From Octopus sinensis (lineage: Eukaryota), in contig NC_043000.1 in assembly GCF_006345805.1 (NCBI RefSeq), forward strand, positions 138,880,001 through 138,944,000: a stretch of DNA of 64,000 nucleotides. The letters are read 5' to 3'. This document shows, in pieces, positions 1 through 13,912 of the stretch. Positions within the stretch are counted from its first letter, which is position 1; every line of letters starts with the position of its first letter. The notes beneath the pieces are model-generated. The model did not search any database, was not told the origin of the DNA, and worked only from the letters and a program-made list of their open reading frames with translations. The position numbers were made by a program, and so were the translations under genes.

Positions 1-221
1 AACAAACTATACTAGTAATTACAGACAGGGCTAAACTAAAGACGGTTGACACTTCAAGTATAGTCTAACAATGGTTCCCTTCTTAGCTACTTACATTTTT
101 TGGTAACACATTAACATGCAAATAATGCAGAATGTGAAATAAGAGATTTAAAATCCAGCTTTTTTACTCTGTCATCCTCGAGACCAAATTCCACAACTGT
201 ATTAAATATAACTTGTGTTTT

Positions 222-415
222 ATTTTGTACTTGTTCCAGTCATTAGACTTCGACCATGCTGGGGCATTGCCTGTAGAATTTTTAGTTGAATGAATTGCTC
301 CCAGGACATATTTTTTTGAGCTTGGTACTTAATCTAATGGTCTCTTTTGCCAAACTGCTAAGTTACAAGGATGTAAACACACATAACACTAGTTGTCAAG
401 CAGTGGTGGCGGACA

Positions 416-465
<50 letters not shown>

Positions 466-646
466 ACACACACACACACAAAATGTGGGCTTCTCTCAGT
501 TTCTGTCTACCAAATCAACTCACAAGACTTTAGTTGGTTCGAGGTTATAGTAGAAGATACTTCCCCAAGGTGCTACATAATGGGACTGAACCTGAAACAA
601 TGTGGTGGGGAAGCAAATTTCTTACCACACAGTCATGCCTGTGCCT
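222..646 (-). mobile_element. tRNA-derived SINE family B (~400 bp, internal CA/TA microsatellite), decayed
   Basis: Homologous to 13913-14319. Confidence 0.7.
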
Positions 647-1499
647 ATCTTAAAAATATTCTATTTGTTTCACACTAAATAACAGTAGGGGATATATTAA
701 AGTACTTATAATTAGAGGAAAGGGGAAAAAATGCAAATTTTCAGCATCAAGGCTTGTACAAAATTCAATATTGGTGGCCAGTTTTCAAAACAAATTGATG
801 AGGTGTCACTATTTATATGAAGTAACTTTAGTACCATTTGGTTCTAAACTCGAAAATTGATAGCATTCCAACAAATATAGATCGAAAGACGCAAAATAAT
901 GCATGTTTCCTATTTATAATTTTTTTTTATTGGGAACCCATTTCTGTGGGGGAAACTTGCTCAGCAGCTGTTTTACATCATAGTAAATGTGACAATGTAA
1001 AAAGAAATGGTGCAATTCCCCATTGTTTTGGAGTGCTATGTAGTTATTTTGCTTGATCGATAATCTAGGCCTGGGCACAGGAAAGGGAACAGGTGAAATA
1101 TGGTAATGTCAACGATAATTTCTATTTTCTTTCCTGTACTAATAAGCTGATAATTTCCATAGTTATAGAGGTTATAGTTTTATCCCAAGTCAACCTTGAA
1201 GGAGCAACCTCATGATAAAATGTCCTAGCTTTGATTATCCAGCCTTTTTTCAAATATTACATAATAGATCATATCCAATATGTTCTTTTCTAAAAACAGC
1301 AAAGTGCAATTTAAAGGAAGCTTTGTTGCTATTTCTAGAATGTTGAGTTACCATGCAGAGCTTCCTCTGTTGAATTGAATCATAGACGTTATTTTCCTTA
1401 TTGATGGGATATGCTGTTGCATATTTTCCATATTTGATGAAGCTACTCTCAGTCAGAGAAAGTTAAGTGAACATATGCAACTACATTGTTTTAAGACCT

Positions 1500-1719
1500 A
1501 TTTCTTTACTACCCACATTTAAGACCTATTTCTTTACTACCCACAAGGGGCTAAACACAGAGAAGGCAAACAAGGACAGACACATGGATCAAGTCGATTA
1601 TATCGACCCCAGTGCGCAACTGGTACTTTATTTATCGACCCCGAAAGGATGAAAGGCAAAGTCGACCTCAGCGGAATTTGAACTCAGAACGTAACGGCAG
1701 ACGAAATACGGCTACGCAT
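1500..1719 (-). mobile_element. tRNA-derived SINE family A (~230 bp, CORE-like central segment), missing its 5' end
   Basis: gagttcaaattccgctgaggtcgactttgcctttcatcctttcggggtcgataaa on the minus strand; 28-bp tandem duplication at 1490-1545. Confidence 0.85.
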
Positions 1720-2561
1720 AGACCATTGCTGCAGTGCTGTCTGCAGGGAATTCTTCATTGAACATATTTCATAATGTAGTGGTGAGAAGAATACGTAATG
1801 ACATTGTTTAAATGGGTATTGATTACAAGTTCTCTGACTTGAGAACATTTAATAAAGTTAACTGCAAAACGTTTGAGCTTTGCTGAGGAGCTCTAATAAA
1901 ACTGAAATATGCCAGTAGTTTTTTTCTTCTATTTGATGAAAGTTAATGTAATATCAATCACCGAACAAAATTGTTGTTTTCTCAGTGTGTAAATATTTCT
2001 GATTAGTTATTTAATACTTACTCCATAAAAAAACTTGATATCTTTTAGGTCTACATCACTTTAGGGGGAGTTTAATATTTGAAATATTCAAAATTTCAAA
2101 TTTCCTAATATATGATTGTTGTCTGTATTTGATATCAAAGGTCATTTGAAACAAACTTCAACTCATACAATGTATTTCTTATAACCTGGTATTGCAAGGT
2201 AAACCTGGATTCTCCCCTTGATATCTAATATGTGCTTCAAGGCATTCTAGAAGGGAAGTAAAAATTTTATTGCTCAGGAATGTGATGCATGCAAATCAAA
2301 CGTCTTTGATAATGCCACAGAACTATTAATAATAAATGAATATTATACTATATATGTAATTACCTGCATCTACTCCCCAAATTATTGACAATAATAATGA
2401 GTTAATATCGTTTGAGACAAGAAATAATCAAGTTTGCTACATTAACTGCTTATTTGAAAATTAAACCAAATCTAGGAAAGAAATTATTTTTACCTAGGAA
2501 AGTATTTCTTACATATTATTTTCTTATTTTTTATAATAGTTCACTGTTATTTATTCTTGAA

Positions 2562-2830
2562 CTTCGCGGTCGGAGGATCACGGTTTCGATTCTCAGACCG
2601 GGCGTTTTTGTGTGTTTATTGAGCGAAAACACCCAAAAGCACCATGAGGCTCCAGCAGGGCTTGGTGGCAACCCCTGTTTTACTCTTTCGCCACAACTTT
2701 CTCTCACTCTCTCTTCTAGTTTCTTGAGTAATGCTGCGATGGACTGGTGTCCTGTTCAGCTGGGGGGAACACATATACCACAGAAACTGGGAAACCGGGC
2801 CCATGAGCCTGGCTAGGCTTGAAAATGGCG
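2562..2830 (+). mobile_element. tRNA-derived SINE family C (tail with ctgcgatggactgg motif), 5'-truncated
   Basis: B box GGTTTCGATTC; matches 50305-50606. Confidence 0.75.
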
Positions 2831-3099
2831 ACACTTATTGTTATACTTATATCAAGGTGATGTAAACTTTACTTTCTTTCCTTGGTGAAATAAAATCAAA
2901 GATGATGAAAAAGATGATACTCTTTAATATGTTTGCATGTATCTCAATGTACCTCTGCTTGTCCATCTGTCTTTCAGTATCTAGCAAAAAGCGACCTACC
3001 TACACTCTACTTTCTCAAATAATTTCCTCTCGGTATTGGGAACATTATCCTTTACTTTTCTCTCTTCTTTTTCTGTCTTGCATGTTGCACAGCAAACTA

Positions 3100-3295
3100 A
3101 CTACTACTGGTGGCACATAAAAAGCATCCAATACACTCTGTAAAGTAGTTGCTATTAGGAAGGGTATGAAACCAAAAAAACTATGCCAAACCTGATATTG
3201 GAGCTTGACAATGCCTTGCAACTCACTGGATCCTGTCAGACCATCAAACCCTTGACAGCATGGAAAATTTACATCAAATCACAATGATGATGTTT
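3100..3295 (+). mobile_element. RTE 3'-UTR-derived short repeat with (GAT)n tail, decayed
   Basis: Homologous to 28742-28875. Confidence 0.55.
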
Positions 3296-5007
3296 GAAAT
3301 GGTTTGACATGGTAACGCTCTATAGAGTTAAAACTGGAAATAGGTAAATAACGCAAGGGAGAAGATTCTGATCTTTGGCAGGTGCAGTGACGGCTTTGGA
3401 CTCAGATTAGTTGTTGCTGTGATTTACTGAAATATCCTTGTCTCTTCTCAAAATGAACAAAATATCATAGAGCATAGATTGGTAGTAAAGACTTTTAAAA
3501 TATACAGAAACATATTTGAGAGTTTAATAAATATTATCTAGAAATGCACAGCTCTTCATAAGATCTAGTTATCAATTCCAAATATAATGTTATCTTTCCA
3601 ACAAAGATAATTCCCCTAAAGGAATGATTTATTTGTTATCAGTGATCCTGGTGAAGAAATATAAGCAAATTCTATAATTAAAAAAATATATTTATGCTTA
3701 TATTTTATATCTCTCTTGCTTCTGTAGTTATTTATGTTTTATAATTGTGTTATGTATCAAATTGTTAGATATACTGTACCACTAAAGATTATACATTATA
3801 TTAATAAATTACATGAACATAGAAAATGGCCCATGGAACTTGTTCATAATACATAATGTAAATTGCATATAATATGAGGCAAAAATACATTAACATCTGA
3901 TATCTTGATATCTACACAGAAATAACTGATTTAGTAATATCATATCGTACAAGATATTAAAACTGAAGAAATAATTCTTACCTAGATAGAATAATAATGT
4001 ATACATAAAATTAATAAGAATGATACTGGCTAAATAGAAAATAAAATATCATCTGGTAATACAAGTAGAGAAACCATTACATTTATGCTGAAACATAGCA
4101 TTTATCTGGAGGCAAAACTGCTGTAGAGATTATAGTTATATCTGCTTAAGAATATAAATATTTTAGACAAAGAAGAAGTATTGGAAGAGGAATACTGAAA
4201 ATATTCTTGCCTATGAGACAATAAATGGTTGATTAGATTTTTATGGAGAAAATAAAATGGTAGAACATAACTTGCAGCTTAAACTTTTGTTGAGTACACC
4301 TGTTGAAATTTTTGTTCTAACTTCAACAGTTTGAAGATAAAATTTCCAACCCCTTAAGCTACATCCTTATTACTTTCATCTAACTTGTGTATAGCAACGG
4401 AGACAATCATTTACAACCATTTATACGATCTTGAATTTCATTCTTTTGCAATCATGTCTTTGTTATGCAACATATAAGGAGCCTGAAGATATAAGAAATC
4501 TTGGCAAAATCAAAGCTGTTGCACTTGAAATTATCTAACAAGGCATTAACAGAAATATCATTATTCATAAATACAAACGTGTGTAACTGCCTTCTTTTAC
4601 TCTGTGTATAAATACTACACACACACATATACATACATACATACATACATACCTGCATATGTGTATGTATATACAAGTACAGTCATGCATCTAAGAGCAC
4701 CTCAACAATATGGCTTTGGGAAAATACAACAGAAGAGAATTCTGTATATTAAATACAAAAATGGTAAGGTTTTGCAAATGTAATATAGTGAATTCTAAAA
4801 CTTCAATTAACTGAGATTATTGTTTTTAGGGAGTTTTAGCCTAGCAAATGCATTGGTTATCTTGGTTAATGTTTTCAGCTGACTTTATTAAACATGTAAA
4901 ACTCTATCATATTGATATTTAGCATGCAGAATTCTCCCCTATCAAAGTACTTCCCCCAGCAATAGCCTTGATATTCATCAATAGCAACCCTACGTTAGCT
5001 ATGCTTC

Positions 5008-5295
5008 TTAAAACTTTATATATAAAGCTGAAGTTGTCTGTGTGTGTGTGGCAGGTTTGGTAGCCTTCAACTAACACTATCTCCTTTGAGACCCTGCAGC
5101 TCAAGTTGACCAAAATTGACAGTATGATAGAAGAAGGCTTGCTCTTCATTCTGTAGAAAATATTCAAATTGGTCCATGTTAAGACCAAAAATTATTTACA
5201 TCAAAAAGATGCTCTTTTTCTATGAAAATCCCTATTTTTTACGATTTTTTTACTGCTGTGTCGGCATTTTTCGGTGTATTTCAACCAGAAAAATC
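5008..5295 (+). mobile_element. 3'-truncated copy of the Helitron-like family at 31469-31868
   Basis: ctttatatataaagctgaagttgtc... matches the reverse complement of 31600-31868. Confidence 0.65.
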
Positions 5296-5438
5296 ATAGT
5301 GAGCACTTATTTAGCTGTGACATTTCATATCTGAGATGCCAGATGTAAGCAACAACAATGTTTACATCAAGCATCTTAGATACGAAATATCCTAACAAAA
5401 TCAGTGCTGGCTATAATTTCTATAAAAAATCTATAGAG

Positions 5439-5633
5439 ATATTCTGTTGTGTCTGGGGAGTGTCATTTTCTTTTTGTGCCTTATAATCTAACATACTCAT
5501 CGGTAAAATTTCCACTTTTTTCTTATTTTTATTTTCCTAAAATTTTCATTGCATCTTGTGGAAATTTTATCGGTGATTGTGTTAGATTATAAGGCACCAA
5601 ACAAAATGACTCTCCCCAGACACAACAGAATAT
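5439..5633. repeat. Inverted repeat, ~77-bp arms, 42-bp spacer
   Basis: 5439-5515 versus 5558-5633. The family recurs at 42070-42270. Confidence 0.85.
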
Positions 5634-7269
5634 GCTTCAACACACGAACTCATATAAAGAATCTTGCAAACCAAATCCAAAAACGAAATCTATAGAGATA
5701 ATTTTAACAAAATCAGAGAAATCAGAGAAAGGGGACACGTCACTGGGCCAGACTGGAATGTGATATGAACTTATAATGGAGAAAAATATATTGAAACAAC
5801 ACTAGGTATTTAACTAAATACTTTATAATTTCTATCAAAATATGGTAATTCTCTACATGTCATCAAAATTAATTATAAATTGCCAACTATGTCAAACACT
5901 TAGCTTGGGGTTTTCAATTGAATGCCTACCTCCTAGCATCAGTGTAGCATGGTTCATATAGGAATAATTCTAGTTAACAGTCTAAAATCATCATGTGCTG
6001 TTTAAAAGATCAATAGTTGCTGTGACAGGCAATGTGCTTGCCTTCAGGTTTGATTTTGTTTGATATTGAATTTATTAATGATTTACAACATGTCAGAGAT
6101 TGAAGAGAATAAACATAGGTTCAGCCATCAAGAATTGAGAAGAAAATTTAATGAGACAATAAAATTCCAAAAAAGAAGTTTTTTAAAATTTTTTTAAAAA
6201 TTATAATAAAAGTAAATAAACATAATTAGAACTTCAACTTATAATTAGAAACATGCGCATGCACACACACACACACACACACACATACATAAAAACAGTG
6301 ACATTTGTTCACGCATACACAAGTTTATTGCTGCAGGCCAAGAAGTGAGACCTGATGTGCAACCTATCATCAGTCCTTCTCTGTGTATATTGCAAACACA
6401 TTTAGTGCACGAAAAAAATACAAATATATTTAAAACAGCAAACTGGTGTAATTTAAATGTCACTGCAATAATTGAATCCTTAATTCAAATCTGCAACTCT
6501 TTCTGTCACTTGATTGCCTTTATTGCATTAATGATATTGGCAATACTGTCAAGCCATTATTTTTACTCTGGGTACATTCTTATAATTATGAAATATTTAA
6601 TATTGTTTGTCAAAGACTAAGTAATATTAATCACAATGCAAAAAAATTTTGCTAAGCCAGAGTGGTATGAATTGCATTTAAATGTACTTTCTCTGCACAA
6701 CACCCAATTTAAAATTTTCCAGTCCATGCCATCAGCTAGCATCCACTGCATAAGTGTTATAGTTCTTTCAATTTATTAGAATTGTGAACTATGGCATTGT
6801 TTAATGTTAATTTACTGCCGACAAATAATAGTTCACAATCTGACATAGATAACAAATGTCTTCTGTTACTTGAATAAACTTACTGTTTATTTGTTTCATA
6901 ACAATTTCAGCTTTCATTTATTTTCCTACATTTTTGTTGGTTCAATTGTAGCTGTAGATTAAAAAGTATGTACAAAAAATATGTACTTGAAGCATCAATT
7001 CTAAAGTCATTTTTTTATGTATGATATTGACTCTGTTTTGGCAACAGTAAGTTAAAAGTGATGTTTCAAATGAACACAGCTTAAAAGGCAACATTACTGA
7101 TTTACCTATGGTCCCATATCACATAAGCAACAAGAAAATTTCTTTCATTCAAGAGACACATAAATAACTGAGTTATAAATAGACTTCTGACAGTAGTCTG
7201 AATGAGTTGTAGATTATATAAGGATAAGATGAGGTACTTTAATCTTATCCTCATACATGTTTCTTTATT

Positions 7270-7573
7270 AGCCACATGGGGCTGCACACAGACAGGACAG
7301 ATTACAAAGTAAAACTTTTCTTTGTGGAAAAAAAAGTGGGGTAGGTATTCGACCAAAAGGGATCGTAAAAGGAAAAAAAAAGGAAAAAAGAAAAAGAAAA
7401 GAAAAAATTATTACACGATCCCTATTGATCGTTTCTTTTTCTTTTTCTTTTTTTCCCACTTTTTTCCCTTTTACGATCCCTGTTGATTAAAAATCTACCC
7501 CACTTTTTTTTCCCCCAAAAAAGAAAAGCTCTACTTTGAAATCTGTCCCGTCTGTGTGCAGCCCTGTGTAGCT
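7270..7573. repeat. Inverted repeat, ~105-bp diverged arms
   Basis: agccacatggggctgcacacagacagg... versus ...cccgtctgtgtgcagccctgtgtagct. Confidence 0.75.
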
Positions 7574-7629
7574 TTTACACCCTTTCTGCTTTTCCAGTTG
7601 AATTTCAGTCTCGTCAAGGAATTTAATGA

Positions 7630-7882
7630 TGGTTTAAGAGTTGCTGAAGCATGGAATAGACTGCCGGCATCAGTTGTTAGTTGTCAGAGCACTGCATCCT
7701 TCAAAACTTCCATGCTTCCTGAGATTTGCCAACACTACACCTGATTTTCTCCCCTCCATACACACACAAGCATGTATCTGACTCATACACAGTTCACTTC
7801 CCAGACATTTGTACATTACTGCATATGCTTTATATGCACTTTTGGCAAGTTGTGGTGCACCTGAGCACTGTATATAATAATG

Positions 7883-7914
<32 letters not shown>

Positions 7915-7915
7915 G
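7630..7915 (+). mobile_element. CR1/L2-type LINE 3' end with (ATT)n tail
   Basis: RVAEAWNRLPASVVSCQSTASFKT matches the RV..AWN.LP..VV.....SFK motif, followed by a UTR and (att)n. Confidence 0.7.
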
Positions 7916-8444
7916 TTATGTTTTTTTCCTTCTTTCTTCAAATTTTCTTCCGTTTCTCGCCGAGTGTTTTCCATACACCTAGGGCAGAAAAGGGCATTCT
8001 ATGCATTCCCAAATTACATGCGCAAATTCAATATTATTATTATTATTATTATGATTCTAGTCATAAGTTTCCACATTAGTGGCAAGCAATATATGAGTCT
8101 ATAATTTCTACTGCATTTGCCTTTAGTGGGGTCCTTCTGACAGGACACAGTCCTAATCACTGTCATTCATAAGGGTATCTTTGCCCAGGTGTTTAGCATG
8201 TCATTCATTTGAGCCGCTATTCAATTGTGATGTCAGTTTTTTAAACCAAAAGCTCTGAATTCCATCAGGTCCAGGAGCTTTCCAATTTGGAATTTTTTTT
8301 GGTTTGCATGCCTACCATTACTGTAGTTATATCAGTGTGACCTTGTCATTGTTGTTGTCGTCATCATTGTTCTTCTTGTTGTCAGTGGCTTCGTTATTAT
8401 CATTTAGTGTCCATACATTTCATGCTGGCATGGACTGATGGGTT

Positions 8445-8563
8445 GGAATATATACATACATACACATACATACATACATACAAACAAAAACATACATATG
8501 TATATATGTGTGTGTGTGCGTGTATATATATATGTGTATATACATACATATATATATATATAG

Positions 8564-8606
<43 letters not shown>
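8445..8606. repeat. Compound (TACA)/(TA)/(TG) microsatellite
   Basis: Direct reading. Confidence 0.95.
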
Positions 8607-8607
<1 letters not shown>

Positions 8608-10377
8608 AAATGTAAAAAAATACAAACTGGGACAAGAACATGAAACATTTAGAAGACGATACAAAAAATACGGACGGGACATTTGAAGCCTTCAATCTTC
8701 AGTCAAGAACCGGATCATCTTCGCAATTTCGGCTGATTAATCTTGAGATTGCTCCGATCTGGCCAGCCCGAAAGGAAAATATAAGCCAAGCACATTAGAT
8801 TCTTTGGAAGAAAGCCTCGAATGTATACAAAACCAGACGATGTTACATGAATAAAAATACAAAAATACGTAAAAACAATAATGATAACACAAAGAGAGAA
8901 AGAGAGAGAGAGAGAGAGAAATAATTTTGTACTAATGACCCTAGCCAAAAGTTCAAATCTTACTATTTAGACTGATTTATACGATATTATTCTATCTCAA
9001 AAATAGGCATCACATGCCATTTGTAGTTGTTTGTAGACAGTTTGAGCTTACAGTTAATAAAATATTTCTCCTAGCAAGTATGGCACATATCTGCACTTAC
9101 CAGACAGCCCTAGATGTGTTGGCATGGATATGTAAAAATAGACAATACAAAATAAAACTGAATGCATCTCTGTATTTATATAGATATAAAAACGTATGTA
9201 TGAATAGACTAAAACACTCACCCATATATATACTGTGACAAACACACATAAAAATGACTGTAGACAAGATTTAAAGCAGAATTTTTTTTATTATACTCTT
9301 AAAAACAGCACTCATATATCGACAGCCTCAATATTTGGAACATTCTTTTTTTTTTTTTCTGTTGAACAAAAATCTATTAATCTCATCTGTTCTTGAAACA
9401 GTAATTGACTGCAATAAGAGGGAATAATAATGTTCAGATGGAGAAATTTTTATTTTTTGATAGTACATAATATACATGGTTTATATGAAAAGAAAAATAT
9501 AACCTCTTTGCAATACCAAATCAATAATAAAAATGCAGACATGAAGATGTATGTTTTCTCCACTGCAATAGTCATTGGCTTGTTTCGGCTGTCGTACGTT
9601 CTCTAAGTAATGTTATAAAAGGTAAAAGGTCAAACCATATCTGCGTATGTAGTCAGCTTCTGAGATTTCTTTAATGATATTTCTGTCAAGCTGAATGAAA
9701 AGATATATTTTTTTCCCGTGGCTTTTCAATGAAAGACATAACTAAATCCAGCTTTAATCATTATTTATTTCTCAACTCTATCAAGAAGATCATGAATAAC
9801 TAGCAATTCACATTGTACTTAAGTTGTAATTCTCAGTACATCAATACACTATAACAATTACATACTGGTAATATAACAATGGCCATGACTGTGTGTGCAT
9901 GCTTGCATGTATGTAAATAATTGAATTACATTATTTTCTTATACACTGGTACATCTATATATTTTCTTAATAAACATCAAAGTTTTTTGTTTAGCAATTA
10001 TTACAGAATCCATGTCGACTGTTATAGTTGTAAAGGAGATGCCTTAGAGAGTGGGAATCACAGAAGTACTAGATTGCTGGGCCAGGCATGAAAGTTATAG
10101 AAATAGTCATAGCTTGATAGCTAAAACAATGTAAAGCACACTGTGACCAGCGTGCAGTCCAATTTTGTACCAAGGAAAAGTACTACAAAAGCCATCTTCA
10201 TGGTGAGAAAACTGCAAGATAACTGCAGAAGTAGCTAAAAGTAAACGGTTAAAGTTGGTTGTTTTCATTGTAGCCAGCGATTGGACTGCGATTGCGCAGA
10301 AAAATTTGAAAAGTTAGTTCGTATAAACACGAGACAAGTAGCGGTGTTTGTCTCCTGTTGTATATGTTTAACCCTAG

Positions 10378-10469
10378 GTTGGACCTCGCTGAAGAAGATC
10401 AGACCTTGCGAGTTCCCCCTGACTTGCTAAAAGAAGATCAGAAACCAATTTGGTCCGGGGTACTAGATG
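10378..10469 (+). CDS. Candidate 92-nt coding exon of an unidentified gene (LDLAEEDQTLRVPPDLLKEDQKPIWSGVLD)
   Basis: Pyrimidine-rich acceptor ...tttaaccctag|, donor ATG|gtaaat, only one open frame, GC-richer than the background, not part of any repeat I recognise. Confidence 0.35.
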
Positions 10470-11933
10470 GTAAATGTTTTTCATTTCCAAATTTATTCCC
10501 GTCAAATTTTATCCATTATTTTTGTGGTTTACTGAACCTAGCTGTTCTCTCTAATGTGTTGAATTTCACGCAGAGGGAATTCCTTATGTGTATAAATATG
10601 CACTATATCATATGACTAAAAGTAAACTACTATACTTAATATTCCTCAACCTGGAGAAAAAATTCACCAGGATCCTTCTCTGGGATGTGTTGGATGTTGA
10701 GAATGGTAGGGATAGTTTGTAAGAAGAATAAACCATGTAGAGAGGTGCTGTCAGTAAAATGAGTTAACAATGAGTACAGCAACAAATTTATGCATAGTAG
10801 GTAGCCACCAGAGCTTGGTTCGTAGACACCTCCTATTCTTTATAGTTCTTCAGGCCATAATAGAGTACTTTAAGGCTGGTTGCCTGTGGAACTCCTTTAT
10901 TTTTATGACCTTGTTTTGTATAAATGGATCTGTAGCTGAATTAGAAAAGAAATTCCATGTGTAGAAGTAAAACCAGGAGAGAAAGCAATTTAAAAGTTAT
11001 ATTATCAATATCAGTGACCATCATTTCCGTCACATCCCTATTCTACATCACTGCAGCATTGTGCTGTTGTAATTAAACAAGAACAGGGTTGTATATTTCA
11101 TCATCTCTTTCTCTAGTATTATTTTTACTCAGTGCCATTTCACTCAGCATCCATCTGTCATTCTTAATATTATCCCTCTCCACACACATTTTACATTGAT
11201 CACCTGTTGTACTTCTAATTCATTACACGATCATACCTTTCTCACTCATGCCATGAACTAGTCTGATCTCTCCCTTCACACTTTTTCAAACTATTTGCTC
11301 ACACATCACCTTTTCTCTCATCCTACTGCTCATCACCCATTGTGTTCTGCCTGACATCACATACTCTCCTCCCTTTCTTCCAACACATATATGCCTCATC
11401 AGTCAATCCTACACCCTTGTCCATTTTTCACTACAATCCACTCCTCGTTTGTACCAAATCTCTACAGCCATCATCAACTCACTCCTACCGTCTATCAGGC
11501 ACGAATGCTCTACCTGTGTATGCCCAATACCAATATTTGCATATAAAAGAGTTAAAATGGACCATCGAAATCAATATACATCAAGAAATATTTTGTGGTT
11601 AACAGTATAAATTTATTTCTGTAATGTCTTTGTCATTAGTGAGTGGTGACGGATTCTATTAATTTAGATATTTATGAAATCTCCAGCGGATGATTCTCGT
11701 TTAGAACCACATTAACCCTGATCACACGCATTAATGATCAAAGGGTTCCAAACAGAAACATCTATTCCTTTTGTACATTGCAGACTATATTATCCAATAT
11801 GTTTATTATTTAAGGTGGCAAGGTGTGATCAGAGAGAAATTTGACTGTTGTTTCTATGCTGTTGAATGACTAAATGTAGGTCTCCTCATTCATTGGTGTT
11901 GGGGCTGATTTTTTTTAGTTATTTTAGTAAATA

Positions 11934-12329
11934 CTAGCAGTATCGCCTGGCGTTGCTCGGGTTTGTAAGGGAAATAACTATATAAGCATTTTTAGAGATA
12001 TAGCCAAAAAATAGCAAAAAAATGCATTAAAAATGGAAAAAAAAATTATGGTAAATTTTTTTTAAATCGTTGACTCATCGTAGACATTTTTAGAGAGTTA
12101 CTTCCCTTATATAATAGCGAAAAAATGCATTAAAATGGAAAAAAATGATGGTAAATTTTTTTTTAAATCGTAGACTCATCGTAGACGCATGCTACTACCC
12201 AGAAGGGCTCGATATGAATCAAGACTATAAGATACCCGGTTTTGGTTAAACTGCACCGCAAAATGTGGGAGTAGTTAGGAATCTAAATCATAGGAAACAG
12301 ACACACATCTTGACTTTTATATATAAAGA
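11934..12329 (-). mobile_element. Non-autonomous Helitron-like element
   Basis: 5' TC start (atctttatatataa), 3' hairpin CCCGAGCAACGCCAGG followed by CTAG, inserted between A and T, no target duplication. Confidence 0.7.
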
Positions 12330-13319
12330 TTATACCAAATTTTGAACTATATAATGTCATAGTACAAATGAATTAATACTAGTAATATTATCTTAAAACT
12401 AAGTTTCTAGTTGTGCTTTAAATTTCTGATTATTGACAGTTTTTTTGATTAATAGCTTTAAATATTCATCAGCAATGACTCCAAATACCTTTGATAAATA
12501 TAGTAGGGGTAAAATGAAAAAGTGAATAACATTCACCTGTATCAAAACATGGTGAATATTACACTTTGTCATTCTGTATGGTGATCTCTCATTAAAATCC
12601 TATTCTCATTGATCTGTTTGCAAGGAACCAGGTGGATACCAACCATATCGATAATTAAGTCATTCTCACAGGTGTGCATTTGACTTAGAGATAATGATAT
12701 CATCAGAATAGATGCAGATATAGATGAAGGGTTTAGGAAGATCACTTCAAAAAATTAAGACACTAGGTTTGATTCCATTGTATATCATCTTGAACAAATG
12801 TCTTTACCATAGTCTTGCATTGATCAACTCATGGGAGTGAAATTTGGTAGATGGAAACTGTATGGAAGCCCATTGGATGGATTGTATTGGTAGTTTAAAG
12901 AACTGGCCTTTTCCTAAATTGCAGTATAATGGTTTGGCTTGAGAATTGTGTTAAGAGCACAGGTGCTTATTAATTAACCCCTTGCACATGGGTATATTAC
13001 TGACAGTCTGTGCTTTGTACTGGTATTAGATGGTTCAGTCACTACATAATTTTTCATGCAAGGAATTTTACAGTGTATTTACAGATTCTTCTGTGTGGTA
13101 TATTTGAAAACATGGTACTGTACAGAGCAAGATGTCACACTGCTAACACACAGTGTTTTGATGTGGTCAGTTCCACTTCCTATCTGTAAGGGGTTAAGGA
13201 ATCAGAAACATACACATACTGTTTATCAAATAATTCAATGTTCATTATGAGAATATACTAAGGATTCATCATGTCACAAGCATGGCTGTGTGAATAAGAA
13301 ATCTGATCTACAACTACAT

Positions 13320-13550
13320 GTTTTTTATTACCCACAAGGGGCTAAACATAGAGGGTACAAACAAGGACAGACAAACGGATTAAGTTGGTTACATCGACCC
13401 CAGTGCATAACTGGTACTTAATTTATCGACCCCAAAAGGATGAAAGGCAAAGTCGACCTAGGCGGAATTTGAACTCAGAACATAGCAGCAGATGAAATAT
13501 GGCTACACATTTCGCCCGGCGTGCTAAAGTTTCTGCCAGCTTGCCACCTT
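13320..13550 (-). mobile_element. SINE family A
   Basis: Matches 37014-37246. Confidence 0.85.
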
Positions 13551-13912
13551 CGTTTGATCTACATCTATATGATTTCAAGTTCTATTACATAATGCAACAT
13601 CTTGTGGAAGTGTCTTCTACTGTAGCCTCAGATTAACCAAAGCTTGTGAGTGAAAATATAGTCTCACTGAAGGGATATCCCTCTCCTTTGGTGATACCCT
13701 TACTCTTTTGCCTGGCTTAACACCACCACTTGGTCATTTTGTGCCTTAAGCTAAATCCATTTTGTTTGCAAGAATTTGAACCAGATCACTACTAAGAATA
13801 TAACTTTCCATCTCTCACCAATCCTGGAGGCTGAGAAATGAGTTAAGAGTGTTGTCTTTCATCTTTTGTTTAAGCAATTAAAAAGCATAGAAAAAAGGCA
13901 GAAATATCAATA

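Noticed and set aside
286-678. ORFs containing LLSVSVYQIHSQ...TCPRCHAVGLN (also near 26.6, 27.9, 48.2, 53.9, 54.9 and 63.4 kb) as a gene family
   Set aside because: They are antisense translations of SINE family B.
4452-4610. Minus frame QLHTFVFMNNDISVNALLDNFKCNSFDFAK... as an exon or RT relic
   Set aside because: Only a vague DFAK similarity, no other motif and no donor site.
8665-8715. Minus-strand CUGAAGA...UGAAGGCUUCAAAUGUC as a hammerhead
   Set aside because: G12 is missing and no stem I can form next to the core.
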